DNA from: Spirochaetales bacterium
Lineage (GTDB): Bacteria > Spirochaetota > Spirochaetia > SZUA-6 > JAFGRV01
Reading direction: 5' to 3'
Length of the DNA stretch: 64,000 bases
NCBI GenBank assembly: GCA_016928415.1
Contig: JAFGKU010000097.1
Coordinates: forward strand, 3,229 to 67,228
Shown here piece by piece: positions 49,251 to 57,491 of this stretch. The notes beneath the pieces were generated by a model. It worked only from the letters and a program-made list of their open reading frames with translations. It searched no databases and had not been told where the DNA came from. Numbering within the stretch: position 1 is the first letter of the stretch; each line of letters opens with the position of its first letter. The translations under genes were made by a program, and so were the position numbers.

Positions 49251-50225
49251 ATGAGCAAAACGAAGATATTTTTTTCAATACTGGTTTTATTTTTATTGTG
49301 TTCGACGGGTTTGTTTGCAATCGATTATATAGTCAGAATAGAAGCTAATGTAACAGATGCTGATGTTTATATTGATGGCAAATTTGTAGGACAGACCCCT
49401 ATCTCACTCAGTTTAAGTAGAGGCGCACATAATTTAAGACTCTCAAAAGCCGGATTCCAGGATTATAATGTAAGAATTAATGTTACCAGGAAAACTTCTT
49501 ATAAGTATAATATGAAAAAATCAGGCGAAGCTATTAATACACCGGTTCCCATTGAACCGACAAGCGGAGTTTTTACACAGTTTAAGTTAAGAATTGATGC
49601 AAATATCAGAGGTGCTACTGTATTTATTGACAATGTCCAAAGGGGCAGAACACCCTTTACAATGCTCATTCCGGTAGGGACATATAACCTGCGTGTAACG
49701 GCACCGGGCTATACGGATTATAATGAGAGGATTGCGATTTCTGCAGATTCAAATTTTAATATTACACTAGAAGAAAGCGTCAAATATTACACTTTGCAGG
49801 TGACGGCGAATGTAAAGGGTGCCCGACTTTATATTAACGGTCATGATTCTGGTAAGACACCTGTATCTCTTAATCTTGCAGCAGGGGATTACCAGATCAG
49901 GGTAAGCTATAAAAATTTTGCGGATTTTGAACAGGTTATCCGACTTGACCATGATATGAGGATCAATGCCGAGTTGCGGTCCTCACTGGCTCAACTGAAA
50001 ATAATCATACCAAAAGACATATTGGATAATCGGAAGAATGCCATAAGGCAGGTTTACATTTACATCGACGGTAAACGGTATGTCAATAAACTCGACTTTG
50101 ACTTAGAGAGTGGTGTACACAAAATACGCATCCTTTCCGGCGGTTTATCCGTTGAAGCATCTTTCAATTTTGAAGGGGGACAGGTTTATAAGATAACACC
50201 ACGTCTGACATTAGATGTGGAGTAA
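49251..50225 (+). CDS. PEGA-domain exported protein
   Basis: Signal peptide and repeated ANV.GA.V.I.G...G.TP PEGA units. Confidence 0.85.
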   Translation: MSKTKIFFSILVLFLLCSTGLFAIDYIVRIEANVTDADVYIDGKFVGQTPISLSLSRGAHNLRLSKAGFQDYNVRINVTRKTSYKYNMKKSGEAINTPVPIEPTSGVFTQFKLRIDANIRGATVFIDNVQRGRTPFTMLIPVGTYNLRVTAPGYTDYNERIAISADSNFNITLEESVKYYTLQVTANVKGARLYINGHDSGKTPVSLNLAAGDYQIRVSYKNFADFEQVIRLDHDMRINAELRSSLAQLKIIIPKDILDNRKNAIRQVYIYIDGKRYVNKLDFDLESGVHKIRILSGGLSVEASFNFEGGQVYKITPRLTLDVE

Positions 50226-50291
50226 AGATTGGTTTAACAATTTTTTTCATCAGGTAAATAGATGTTATTTTTTTGGCTTAAGGAGGTTTTA

Positions 50292-50813
50292 ATGAAAAAA
50301 ATATTATTAATTGGTGCCGCAGTGGCCATATTGTCGTTGATAGGTGGATGTGTCATTACTATTGAGCCGATTACACCTTATGGCACTCCGTATGTACAAA
50401 ATTATACCGGAACCGGTGAAACAAGTTCCGGGGTTCAAAGAATTTTATCAATCGATAATAATTTAGGACCTAATATTTTTCAGATACGTTTTTTAGATAG
50501 TTCTGACAATTTCAATATTTTGAGTGATAGACTCATTCCTTCAAATAAATATATTGAAGCTGGTACTACTACAGTAGTTGAATTTAAGAATGTACCGGCT
50601 CCTGTCGCTCCCACTCTCGTTGATGTTATGTTTACTTTCAGTGATTATAATTTACCCTGTACTGGGGTGGATTTATCTCCCTCGACTGGAAGCAATAAAA
50701 CCATTATGGTAGAATTAACTGCTAATGAATTAGGTGCCAGTATTTTTTATGATGGAAATGTACAAATAAGAGAGGTTGGTCCGTATAGATTTATCATCAA
50801 AAACACACAGTAA
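50292..50813 (+). CDS. Lipoprotein of unknown function
   Basis: SD AGGAGG, MKKILLIGAAVAILSLIGGC lipobox. Confidence 0.75.
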   Translation: MKKILLIGAAVAILSLIGGCVITIEPITPYGTPYVQNYTGTGETSSGVQRILSIDNNLGPNIFQIRFLDSSDNFNILSDRLIPSNKYIEAGTTTVVEFKNVPAPVAPTLVDVMFTFSDYNLPCTGVDLSPSTGSNKTIMVELTANELGASIFYDGNVQIREVGPYRFIIKNTQ

Positions 50814-50835
50814 TAATTAATAGCATTAAATTTTT

Positions 50836-50864
50836 AATCCCTGTCCATACGGCAGGGGTTTTTT
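50836..50864 (+). terminator. Intrinsic terminator
   Basis: AATCCCTGTC/GGCAGGGGTT stem followed by a T-run. Confidence 0.7.
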
Positions 50865-51121
50865 ATTGAGAGATTGCACTGAGATAAAATCGTTATTGAT
50901 TTTGGGACTAGCGTAATGGTACGAGAGCACAGAGGTTATGTAAAGGATTCAGGTTGTTAATCAATAAGAAACGGGAGTATTCTTCCCTGAGATAGCGGGT
51001 AGAGCATTGTGGGGTAAGGTCAGTACCTTAAACGGCCGCGGATTCTGAATGTATACCTTTCAGTAGTTAAAGCATCAGCAATTCGGCTTCCTAAGCTGCT
51101 GCAAAAGGATGCGGCGATATA

Positions 51122-51514
51122 TTAAAAATTTATTTTCCTCATTCCTCTAACATGTTTAAAATGAGCATCGTTTGTCACGAGAATGGAACCCGTCTCGATG
51201 GCATGCGCGGCAATCCATATATCATTGTTCGGGATGGGATTCCCGCTTTTTCTGAGTTCCAGTTTTATACCGGCATATATCTCCGCCGTCTCGGATCCGG
51301 CCTCTATGATTTTGACCCTGGGCTTCGAGTAAAATACCTTCAACTCATGAAGGTTTTCTTTCTGTTTCCTGCCGAATTTAAATCCATAAAGCAATTCGGC
51401 GAGTACGAATATTGACAGATATACGGCATCGCTTCCGCCAATGATTTCAAAAACCTCCTGATTACCCGCCATGAATTGGCTGTACGCATTGGTGTCCAAA
51501 AGGATCTTTTTCAT
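51122..51514 (-). CDS. vapC: VapC-type PIN-domain toxin
   Basis: LLDTNAY, LAELLYG, IPNNDIWIAAHA and TNDAHF. ATGA overlap with the antitoxin. Confidence 0.9.
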   Translation of the reverse strand: MKKILLDTNAYSQFMAGNQEVFEIIGGSDAVYLSIFVLAELLYGFKFGRKQKENLHELKVFYSKPRVKIIEAGSETAEIYAGIKLELRKSGNPIPNNDIWIAAHAIETGSILVTNDAHFKHVRGMRKINF

Positions 51515-51765
51515 TTCCAATCCTGTTCGTCGATTTGTTCGAAATCCTTTACGGCCTTTTCAAAGTCCTGAAGATCTTTTTTTGACCATTTACCGAATAA
51601 ATCCCTGAAATCGTCCTTGCAGTCATCGGATTTTTTGGACAATCCGAGGGACTGACGCAGCAATTTCTGGATTGTTTTGTTCAGGCTTTCGTGGTTTTCC
51701 TGCGCTTTTCGCCGCAGGGACATTTCCAGATCGCCGTCCAGATTATGTATTGTAATGGAACTCAT
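51511..51765 (-). CDS. FitA-like RHH antitoxin
   Basis: SD AAGGAGG, MSSITIHNLD..SLNKTI. Confidence 0.82.
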   Translation of the reverse strand: MSSITIHNLDGDLEMSLRRKAQENHESLNKTIQKLLRQSLGLSKKSDDCKDDFRDLFGKWSKKDLQDFEKAVKDFEQIDEQDWK

Positions 51766-51774
51766 AAGCCCTCC

Positions 51775-51831
51775 TTGAACCATAATTAACCACTATGGTT
51801 CAATTATAGTTCAAAATTGGTAAGAAATCAA
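51775..51831 (-). promoter_or_regulatory. Promoter and inverted-repeat operator of TA module 2
   Basis: On the minus strand, TTGATT-N17-TATAAT followed by TTGAACCATA-N9-TATGGTTCAA. Confidence 0.7.
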
Positions 51832-51897
51832 TACATACTGGAAAAATATTTTGTCAAAGCTTCCAATATCGTTTAAATTCAGCAATAAATGGGCACT

Positions 51898-52113
51898 CTA
51901 TGGGTACCCTTTAGTGTTGACAAAACGCTTCCATGCCAGGTGAATACCATTAAAATTGAACAGGTAACCAACAGGCAAACGGGTAAGCTTTAAGTAATTA
52001 AGAAGTTGCGCCTCATGAACCGATTCAAGTAATCCGGCCCCCATTTCCCGATGCACCTTAAACGCACACTTCAAAATCTTGTTAGACAATTCTTGATAAA
52101 TAAGCTTGGACAT
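51898..52113 (-). pseudogene. GxxExxY-family gene with an in-frame internal deletion
   Basis: SD GGAGG, MSKLIYQELSNKILKCAFKVHREMGAGLLESV fused directly to HEAQLLNYLK..GYLFNF. The central part with the nuclease-like motif is absent. Confidence 0.82.
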
Positions 52114-52236
52114 ATACACCTCCTGCCGCGGATGCTCCAGGGAGCTACGCGGATTAAATTCAGATGGCCGCGGATGGGCCAACTGTAAAAAATTTTTGGA
52201 AAATCTATACGGTAAATGAATAATACGAGATACCAT

Positions 52237-52383
52237 ATAAACCTCCTGTTTTACTTTTGACAGGACAACCGCGCCGGAGGACCTGTCAAGGCTTCAGCGA
52301 AGCTGAACCCCGACGAAGGAGGGGCTTGGCCTTTACAGGTCCGAGGAGTGGTGTACAATGGAAGAAACAGGCAGGAGGTTTAT
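52237..52383. repeat. Multi-stem palindromic element
   Basis: Outer 12-bp perfect IR ATAAACCTCCTG/CAGGAGGTTTAT and inner GGACCTGTCAAGG/CCTTTACAGGTCC enclosing two hairpins. Confidence 0.75.
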
Positions 52384-52630
52384 TTCTTGTGGAACCCGTA
52401 GGGATAATACGTTTTTCCCCAAGTTTTTCGATTTGTTATCCAACTGACTCTCCCAAACACCCATAGGGGCCAAAAACTTCCAGAACGTAAGTGCGTGTTT
52501 ATCTCACTTAACTACCGGTTTCCCTAGGCAAGAATCCGCGGGCGTGGGCCCGTGCGCAGGGATCCGCTCCTGTCCGCGTAAATCTGCGGTTGAAATCAAA
52601 CCCAAAATCCCCTATCATATATATTAAGAC

Positions 52631-53839
52631 ATGAACAAAATCCTCAGGCTGCTTATTATGCAGGACCAATCCAATATTAATCGTTTTTTCAATGAGGAAA
52701 CGACGAATTTCCGGAAAATATATCCTGACATTGAAATTGACATCGAATACATACCCTGGCACATGGCCTCGGGCAGGATCATCCAATGCATCAAGGAAAA
52801 ATCGGGTCCGGATATCATTCAGATAGGCAGCACCTGGTTCCGGCCGTTACTCCAATTTGACAGCTTCATGGATTTAAACGACGAATTCAAGGATGTCAAT
52901 GAAAAGAATTTCGCTTCCGTGGCCCTTTCCGTATGCCGGCCGGCGAACGAAAACCGTCTCCTGGCCGTACCATGGTTTCTTGATATCCGGGGTTTGAACA
53001 TCTACCGGAAGGCCATGGATGCCGCCGGCATTAACCCGGACCTTCTGAAAGACCATTTGGGATTCATGGAAGCCTGCCGCTTGGCCCAGAAATCTTTCAG
53101 GGCATTGAATTGCGTGCGTTCTATCGGCATCCTGATTCTCCACGATCTATCCCCCTGGATCTGGAATTTCGGCGGGGACTTTTTTACGGAGGACGGAACG
53201 GATATCCTTCTGGATTCCGAGCCGTCTGTGGCGGGAATGGACTATTATTTCAGTCTTATCCATGAATTCGAGGGTAAACAGGAGAACGTACTCGACTCGA
53301 AAAGGCTGGGCCTGTTTTTCAACGATCCCAGGCATGTTTTCTGCAGCGGTGAACTGGGGCCTGCCATTATGTTTTTCAAAAAGGATTCGGACAGGTACAA
53401 TGCCAGGATTGCCGGGGAATACGCTGTTGCCAGCCTGCCGGCCGGACCGGCCGCGTCGTATGTGTTTGCCGGAGGCAGCTGCCTTGCCGTCATGAATTAC
53501 ACGCAGAACAGGGATATGGCGATCGAGTTTCTCCGTTTCCTGCTCAGGAAGGAAACCCAATACAGCCTGACCCTGTGGACGGGGTTTGTACCCTGCCTCA
53601 TTTCCGCCTTCGACGAAGTGTGCCACGTCTGGAAGAGCGGCAAGCAGGTTTTAACGGAATCTCTGGAAAAGGCCCACATGTTCCCATCCCATCATCTCTG
53701 GCCGACGATAGAGGGCCTGATCAGCGGATTCTGCGCCAACGTCATGCGGTATGTGAATACGGGAAGCTATACAAAATCAATCCTGGTGGATGAACTGGAA
53801 ACCGTATCCAGGCAGATCCGCTATATCATAAGGCAATGA
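52631..53839 (+). CDS. Family 1 sugar-type solute-binding protein lacking a signal peptide
   Basis: YPDIEIDIEYIPW, PDIIQIGSTW, AVPWFLDIRGL and FAGGSCLAV. There is no hydrophobic N-terminus, and an in-frame TAA lies two codons before the ATG. Confidence 0.82.
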   Translation: MNKILRLLIMQDQSNINRFFNEETTNFRKIYPDIEIDIEYIPWHMASGRIIQCIKEKSGPDIIQIGSTWFRPLLQFDSFMDLNDEFKDVNEKNFASVALSVCRPANENRLLAVPWFLDIRGLNIYRKAMDAAGINPDLLKDHLGFMEACRLAQKSFRALNCVRSIGILILHDLSPWIWNFGGDFFTEDGTDILLDSEPSVAGMDYYFSLIHEFEGKQENVLDSKRLGLFFNDPRHVFCSGELGPAIMFFKKDSDRYNARIAGEYAVASLPAGPAASYVFAGGSCLAVMNYTQNRDMAIEFLRFLLRKETQYSLTLWTGFVPCLISAFDEVCHVWKSGKQVLTESLEKAHMFPSHHLWPTIEGLISGFCANVMRYVNTGSYTKSILVDELETVSRQIRYIIRQ

Positions 53840-53858
53840 ACGGGAGACATCCATTGAT

Positions 53859-55373
53859 ATGAACGGGGACCGGCTTTTAAACACCATTAACGGCATCATC
53901 ACCTGTTTCAATTACTCAAACACGGATAGTGCGGCAATAAAGGAATCCCTGAGGATGATCTACAACGATTTTCCGTTTATTGTCCTGGTTTATTATTTCT
54001 CTGACGATCATTCCCGGGCTTTTCGTTCGTTCATACGTATGGACCGTTTCGGTATCAGGGAAATGTCCTATTACGGCGGCCAATTACCCGATCACTTATT
54101 CCGAGATATTCAGTCCACCGAATCCTCATACGCCATCGGTGATGACGGCAATCTTTGGCTGAAAGTATCGGCAAAAAACAGGGAACTGGGAATCATGCAC
54201 GCGGCAAACGAGGAAGTGGAGGACATTGCCTATCTGCAGCGAAGAGACGAAATAAGCGAGAGTGACCGTTTGCAGCTGGAATCCGGTAAAATCGTATTTG
54301 ACGATGAGACCATCAATTATTTCAGCCAGATATGCCGAATCCTCGGGACATGCCTCGCCAACAGGTCCGTCCCGGTTGAAGCTGACCGTGGAAGCCAGAC
54401 TGTGACGCGGTTTTCCTCCATCATTTCAGAGATCATAGGCACCTTTGACATAGATAGGATCCTTTCCTTGCTGATCATGCACGCGGTTAAACTCCTTTCC
54501 ATCGACAGGGCCCGCCTTTACCTTGTTGATGCGGGGGAAGGTGTAATCAGGGGAACCTTGCGATATGAATTGCTTTCCGGGCTGACCGGTATTGAGAACC
54601 AGGAATTTCCATTGATGAAGGAAGACAATTCCGTGCTGAATTTCTTTCAGGCCGAACTCGATGCGGTTTTTCCCGGAACCAGCCTATACAGGGATTTGAT
54701 CAGGGTCACGCAGCTGAAGGTCAAACAGAAGATAATCGGCTTTTTTATAGTGGATAATTTTGTCTGCCGCCAGCCGATCAGTGAATCGGATTCCCAATCG
54801 CTCGATGTCCTGCTCCAGCAGGCAAGCGTGGCCATTGAAAACGCGCAGCTTTACGGGGAAATAGAAGTTCTGGCCACACGGGACAGCCTGACCGGGTTAT
54901 TTAATTCCCGTTACTTTAACAGTCAGCTTGAACTGCAACTTAAAAAAACAGAACGGTACGGTGACACGTTTTCTGTTCTGATGATGGATGTCGATTTTTT
55001 CAAGAATTACAATGATGCTTACGGCCACCAGACGGGCGACATGATCCTGCAGGAAATTGGTAAAATTATCAGCAAAGCCGTGCGTGAAACGGACGTAGCC
55101 GCGCGTTACGGCGGAGATGAGTTTATATTGCTGCTCCTGGATGCGGATTTTAAAAAGAACGGTGTGATTGCAGAAAGGATAAGGCAAGCGGTGGAGTCAA
55201 TGAGCATTGTAAATGATGATTCCAACCTGTACCTGACCATAAGTATCGGCGGCATTACCCTCAACGGCGATACGATCCCCTCAGAGCAAATCATCGAACA
55301 GGCCGACAAATGCCTTTATGAGGCTAAAAAGAACGGACGTAACAGATGTGTTGTCAAAAAAATCGTGGCTTGA
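53859..55373 (+). CDS. Soluble diguanylate cyclase (GAF plus GGDEF)
   Basis: DSLTGLFN, DVDFFKNYND, RETD I-site and RYGGDEF. GAF-like segment upstream and no TM. Confidence 0.92.
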   Translation: MNGDRLLNTINGIITCFNYSNTDSAAIKESLRMIYNDFPFIVLVYYFSDDHSRAFRSFIRMDRFGIREMSYYGGQLPDHLFRDIQSTESSYAIGDDGNLWLKVSAKNRELGIMHAANEEVEDIAYLQRRDEISESDRLQLESGKIVFDDETINYFSQICRILGTCLANRSVPVEADRGSQTVTRFSSIISEIIGTFDIDRILSLLIMHAVKLLSIDRARLYLVDAGEGVIRGTLRYELLSGLTGIENQEFPLMKEDNSVLNFFQAELDAVFPGTSLYRDLIRVTQLKVKQKIIGFFIVDNFVCRQPISESDSQSLDVLLQQASVAIENAQLYGEIEVLATRDSLTGLFNSRYFNSQLELQLKKTERYGDTFSVLMMDVDFFKNYNDAYGHQTGDMILQEIGKIISKAVRETDVAARYGGDEFILLLLDADFKKNGVIAERIRQAVESMSIVNDDSNLYLTISIGGITLNGDTIPSEQIIEQADKCLYEAKKNGRNRCVVKKIVA

Positions 55374-55388
55374 TCTACAGGATAATCG

Positions 55389-57353
55389 TTATTCTTTTAT
55401 TTCCGCAATCAAATCGGTGATTTTTTTTGACAATTCGCCAATTTTAAAGGGTTTGGGGATAAATCCTTTCACCCCTATCTGAAGCAGTTCCTGTATTTCA
55501 CTGTCAATACTGTACCCTGAGGCTATAATCACGGGTATACGGGAATTTATTTTTTTCAATTCCAAATAGACCTCTTTTCCTGACATGACGGGCATTATCA
55601 TGTCCAGGATGACGCAGTCTATGTTCTCCTGGTTCTTTTCAAAGAATTTGATTGCCATGTTGCCGTCGGCGAAAATTGTAGACCGGCATCCAATTTTGGT
55701 GAGCATCTCGGATATCACGTTTCGTACCACTTCTTCATCCTCAATGACCAGTACATGGACGGGATTTTTATTTGGTTTGTCCGTTCCCTTTATTATCATA
55801 CTCTCCGGGGTAATCTTGTCTGCGTCTCGTCTGATGGGAAAGTATATACCGAAACTTGTCCCGGCATTGATTCTGCTGGATACCTCGATGCAGCCTTTGT
55901 GGGTTTTTACCGTGCCGTAAACGGCGGCCAGGCCGAGGCCCGTTCCTTTGCCCGGCCCCTTTGTCGTAAAAAAAGGCTCGAAAATATGTTTCAAGAGGTT
56001 TTCTTCCATGCCGGATCCCGTATCATCGACGCCTATCCGGATATAATCCCCTGGTTCGATATTGAATAACGACTTCGAGCAGAAGCTCTCATCCAGATGG
56101 ACATTGGATGTGGAGAAAGTAAGTTCTCCGCCGTCCGGCATGGAATCCCTTGCGTTTAATGCCAGGTTAAGTACCGAGTTTTGTAGCTGGGTCGGGTCTC
56201 CAACCGTGGTATGTTTGCCGGCATTCAGCATTGGCTTGATTCTAATTTTTTTATCAAGGCTGTGGCTGAGTATATTGATCACCTCCCTGATTATCTGGTG
56301 CAGGTCGACGTTCACCGAAGTATATTTACCCTTACGGGAAAAAGCGAGCAATTGGGCGGTTAGGTCCGCCGCCCGCCTTGCCCCCAGTAAAATTTTATCC
56401 GAAAAACGCACCAGTTCCGGATTGCCCTCCGTCGCTTCCTTGAGCAGTTCCGCATATCCCATGATGCCTACCAGTTGATTGTTGAAATCATGCGCTATGC
56501 CTCCCGCCAGCTGTCCAATGGCCTCCATTTTTTCCGTCTGGCGCATTTTTGTTTCCATTTCCTTGATGTCGGTAATATCCCTTATGGTGCCGATCATTTT
56601 CACGGGATTTCCCGAAGCATCGAAATCAAGTTTACCGTGGCCGTGAATCCACCGCTCCTGTTTATCATTGAAACGGATAATTTTGTATTGCTTGTCAAAG
56701 GGTTGTCTTTTCTTTACAACCTGAATACTCAGGTAATCAACCATTATCTCTTTCCAGTCATCCTGAATCAGGGAGACCCATCCTTCAACATTTTTGGGAT
56801 ACTCATCCGTTATCCCGAAAATTTCATCAAGCACTTTGGAGCTTTTCCAGTACCCTGATTCAATATCCAGTACATAGCTGCCTGTCTGGGCTACGGCCTG
56901 AGATTCCAGGAGGGTCCGTTCGCTTTCGCGAAGGGATTTTTCGACATTTTTCAATTCCGTAATATCCCTGGATAATTCACAAAAGCCGATGACTTTTCCC
57001 TCGCGGATGACCGGGTTAAAGGAGAATATTATATGCCTTTCATTGTTTTCACCGAAACTTTGTGTCCATTCCTCGGTGAATTTTTCTCCATCAAGCACGC
57101 GCCTGTGCAGATTGTCCCAAAAGGCGATACCTTCCTTGTCGGGGAGCAGCTTATGCGGTTTGATTCCCGGTTTCATGTCTATACCGAGCGCCTGTTTCAT
57201 GGCCATGGCATAGGCAGTGTTGAAAGCGATGGGGAATCCGTTTTCATCCGCTATCATGATATAATCAGTGGTGTTTTCCATTAATATTTTAAGCAGATCA
57301 GCGGATTCTGTTATTTTTTTGTCCATATTTTTTGCACCTGTTTCAAGTCCCAA
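55389..57353 (-). CDS. Soluble PAS-PAS hybrid histidine kinase with C-terminal receiver
   Basis: LAGGIAHDFNN, NLALNARD, EPFFTTK, GTGLGLA and a REC domain (IED, LDMIMP, ASG, KPF). Confidence 0.92.
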   Translation of the reverse strand: MGLETGAKNMDKKITESADLLKILMENTTDYIMIADENGFPIAFNTAYAMAMKQALGIDMKPGIKPHKLLPDKEGIAFWDNLHRRVLDGEKFTEEWTQSFGENNERHIIFSFNPVIREGKVIGFCELSRDITELKNVEKSLRESERTLLESQAVAQTGSYVLDIESGYWKSSKVLDEIFGITDEYPKNVEGWVSLIQDDWKEIMVDYLSIQVVKKRQPFDKQYKIIRFNDKQERWIHGHGKLDFDASGNPVKMIGTIRDITDIKEMETKMRQTEKMEAIGQLAGGIAHDFNNQLVGIMGYAELLKEATEGNPELVRFSDKILLGARRAADLTAQLLAFSRKGKYTSVNVDLHQIIREVINILSHSLDKKIRIKPMLNAGKHTTVGDPTQLQNSVLNLALNARDSMPDGGELTFSTSNVHLDESFCSKSLFNIEPGDYIRIGVDDTGSGMEENLLKHIFEPFFTTKGPGKGTGLGLAAVYGTVKTHKGCIEVSSRINAGTSFGIYFPIRRDADKITPESMIIKGTDKPNKNPVHVLVIEDEEVVRNVISEMLTKIGCRSTIFADGNMAIKFFEKNQENIDCVILDMIMPVMSGKEVYLELKKINSRIPVIIASGYSIDSEIQELLQIGVKGFIPKPFKIGELSKKITDLIAEIKE

Positions 57354-57428
57354 TAAATTGCGGGTTCAATATAAAATATTAAATAATCCTTAGTATTTAT
57401 GCAACATTTTTATGATCGAAATTGGGCA

Positions 57429-57461
57429 TAAAAAAGGCTCCGGCACTGTGTACCGGAGCCT
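57429..57461 (-). terminator. Intrinsic terminator of chitinase 1
   Basis: AGGCTCCGG/CCGGAGCCT stem with a T-run on the minus strand. Confidence 0.78.
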
Positions 57462-57491
57462 GTAATTTTAACGGTAAATAATTCCGCTTTT

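Noticed and set aside
51898-52236. 112-aa full-length ORF as a single real protein
   Set aside because: The GxxExxY part has its own SD and ATG at 52113, and the extension is translated repeat DNA.
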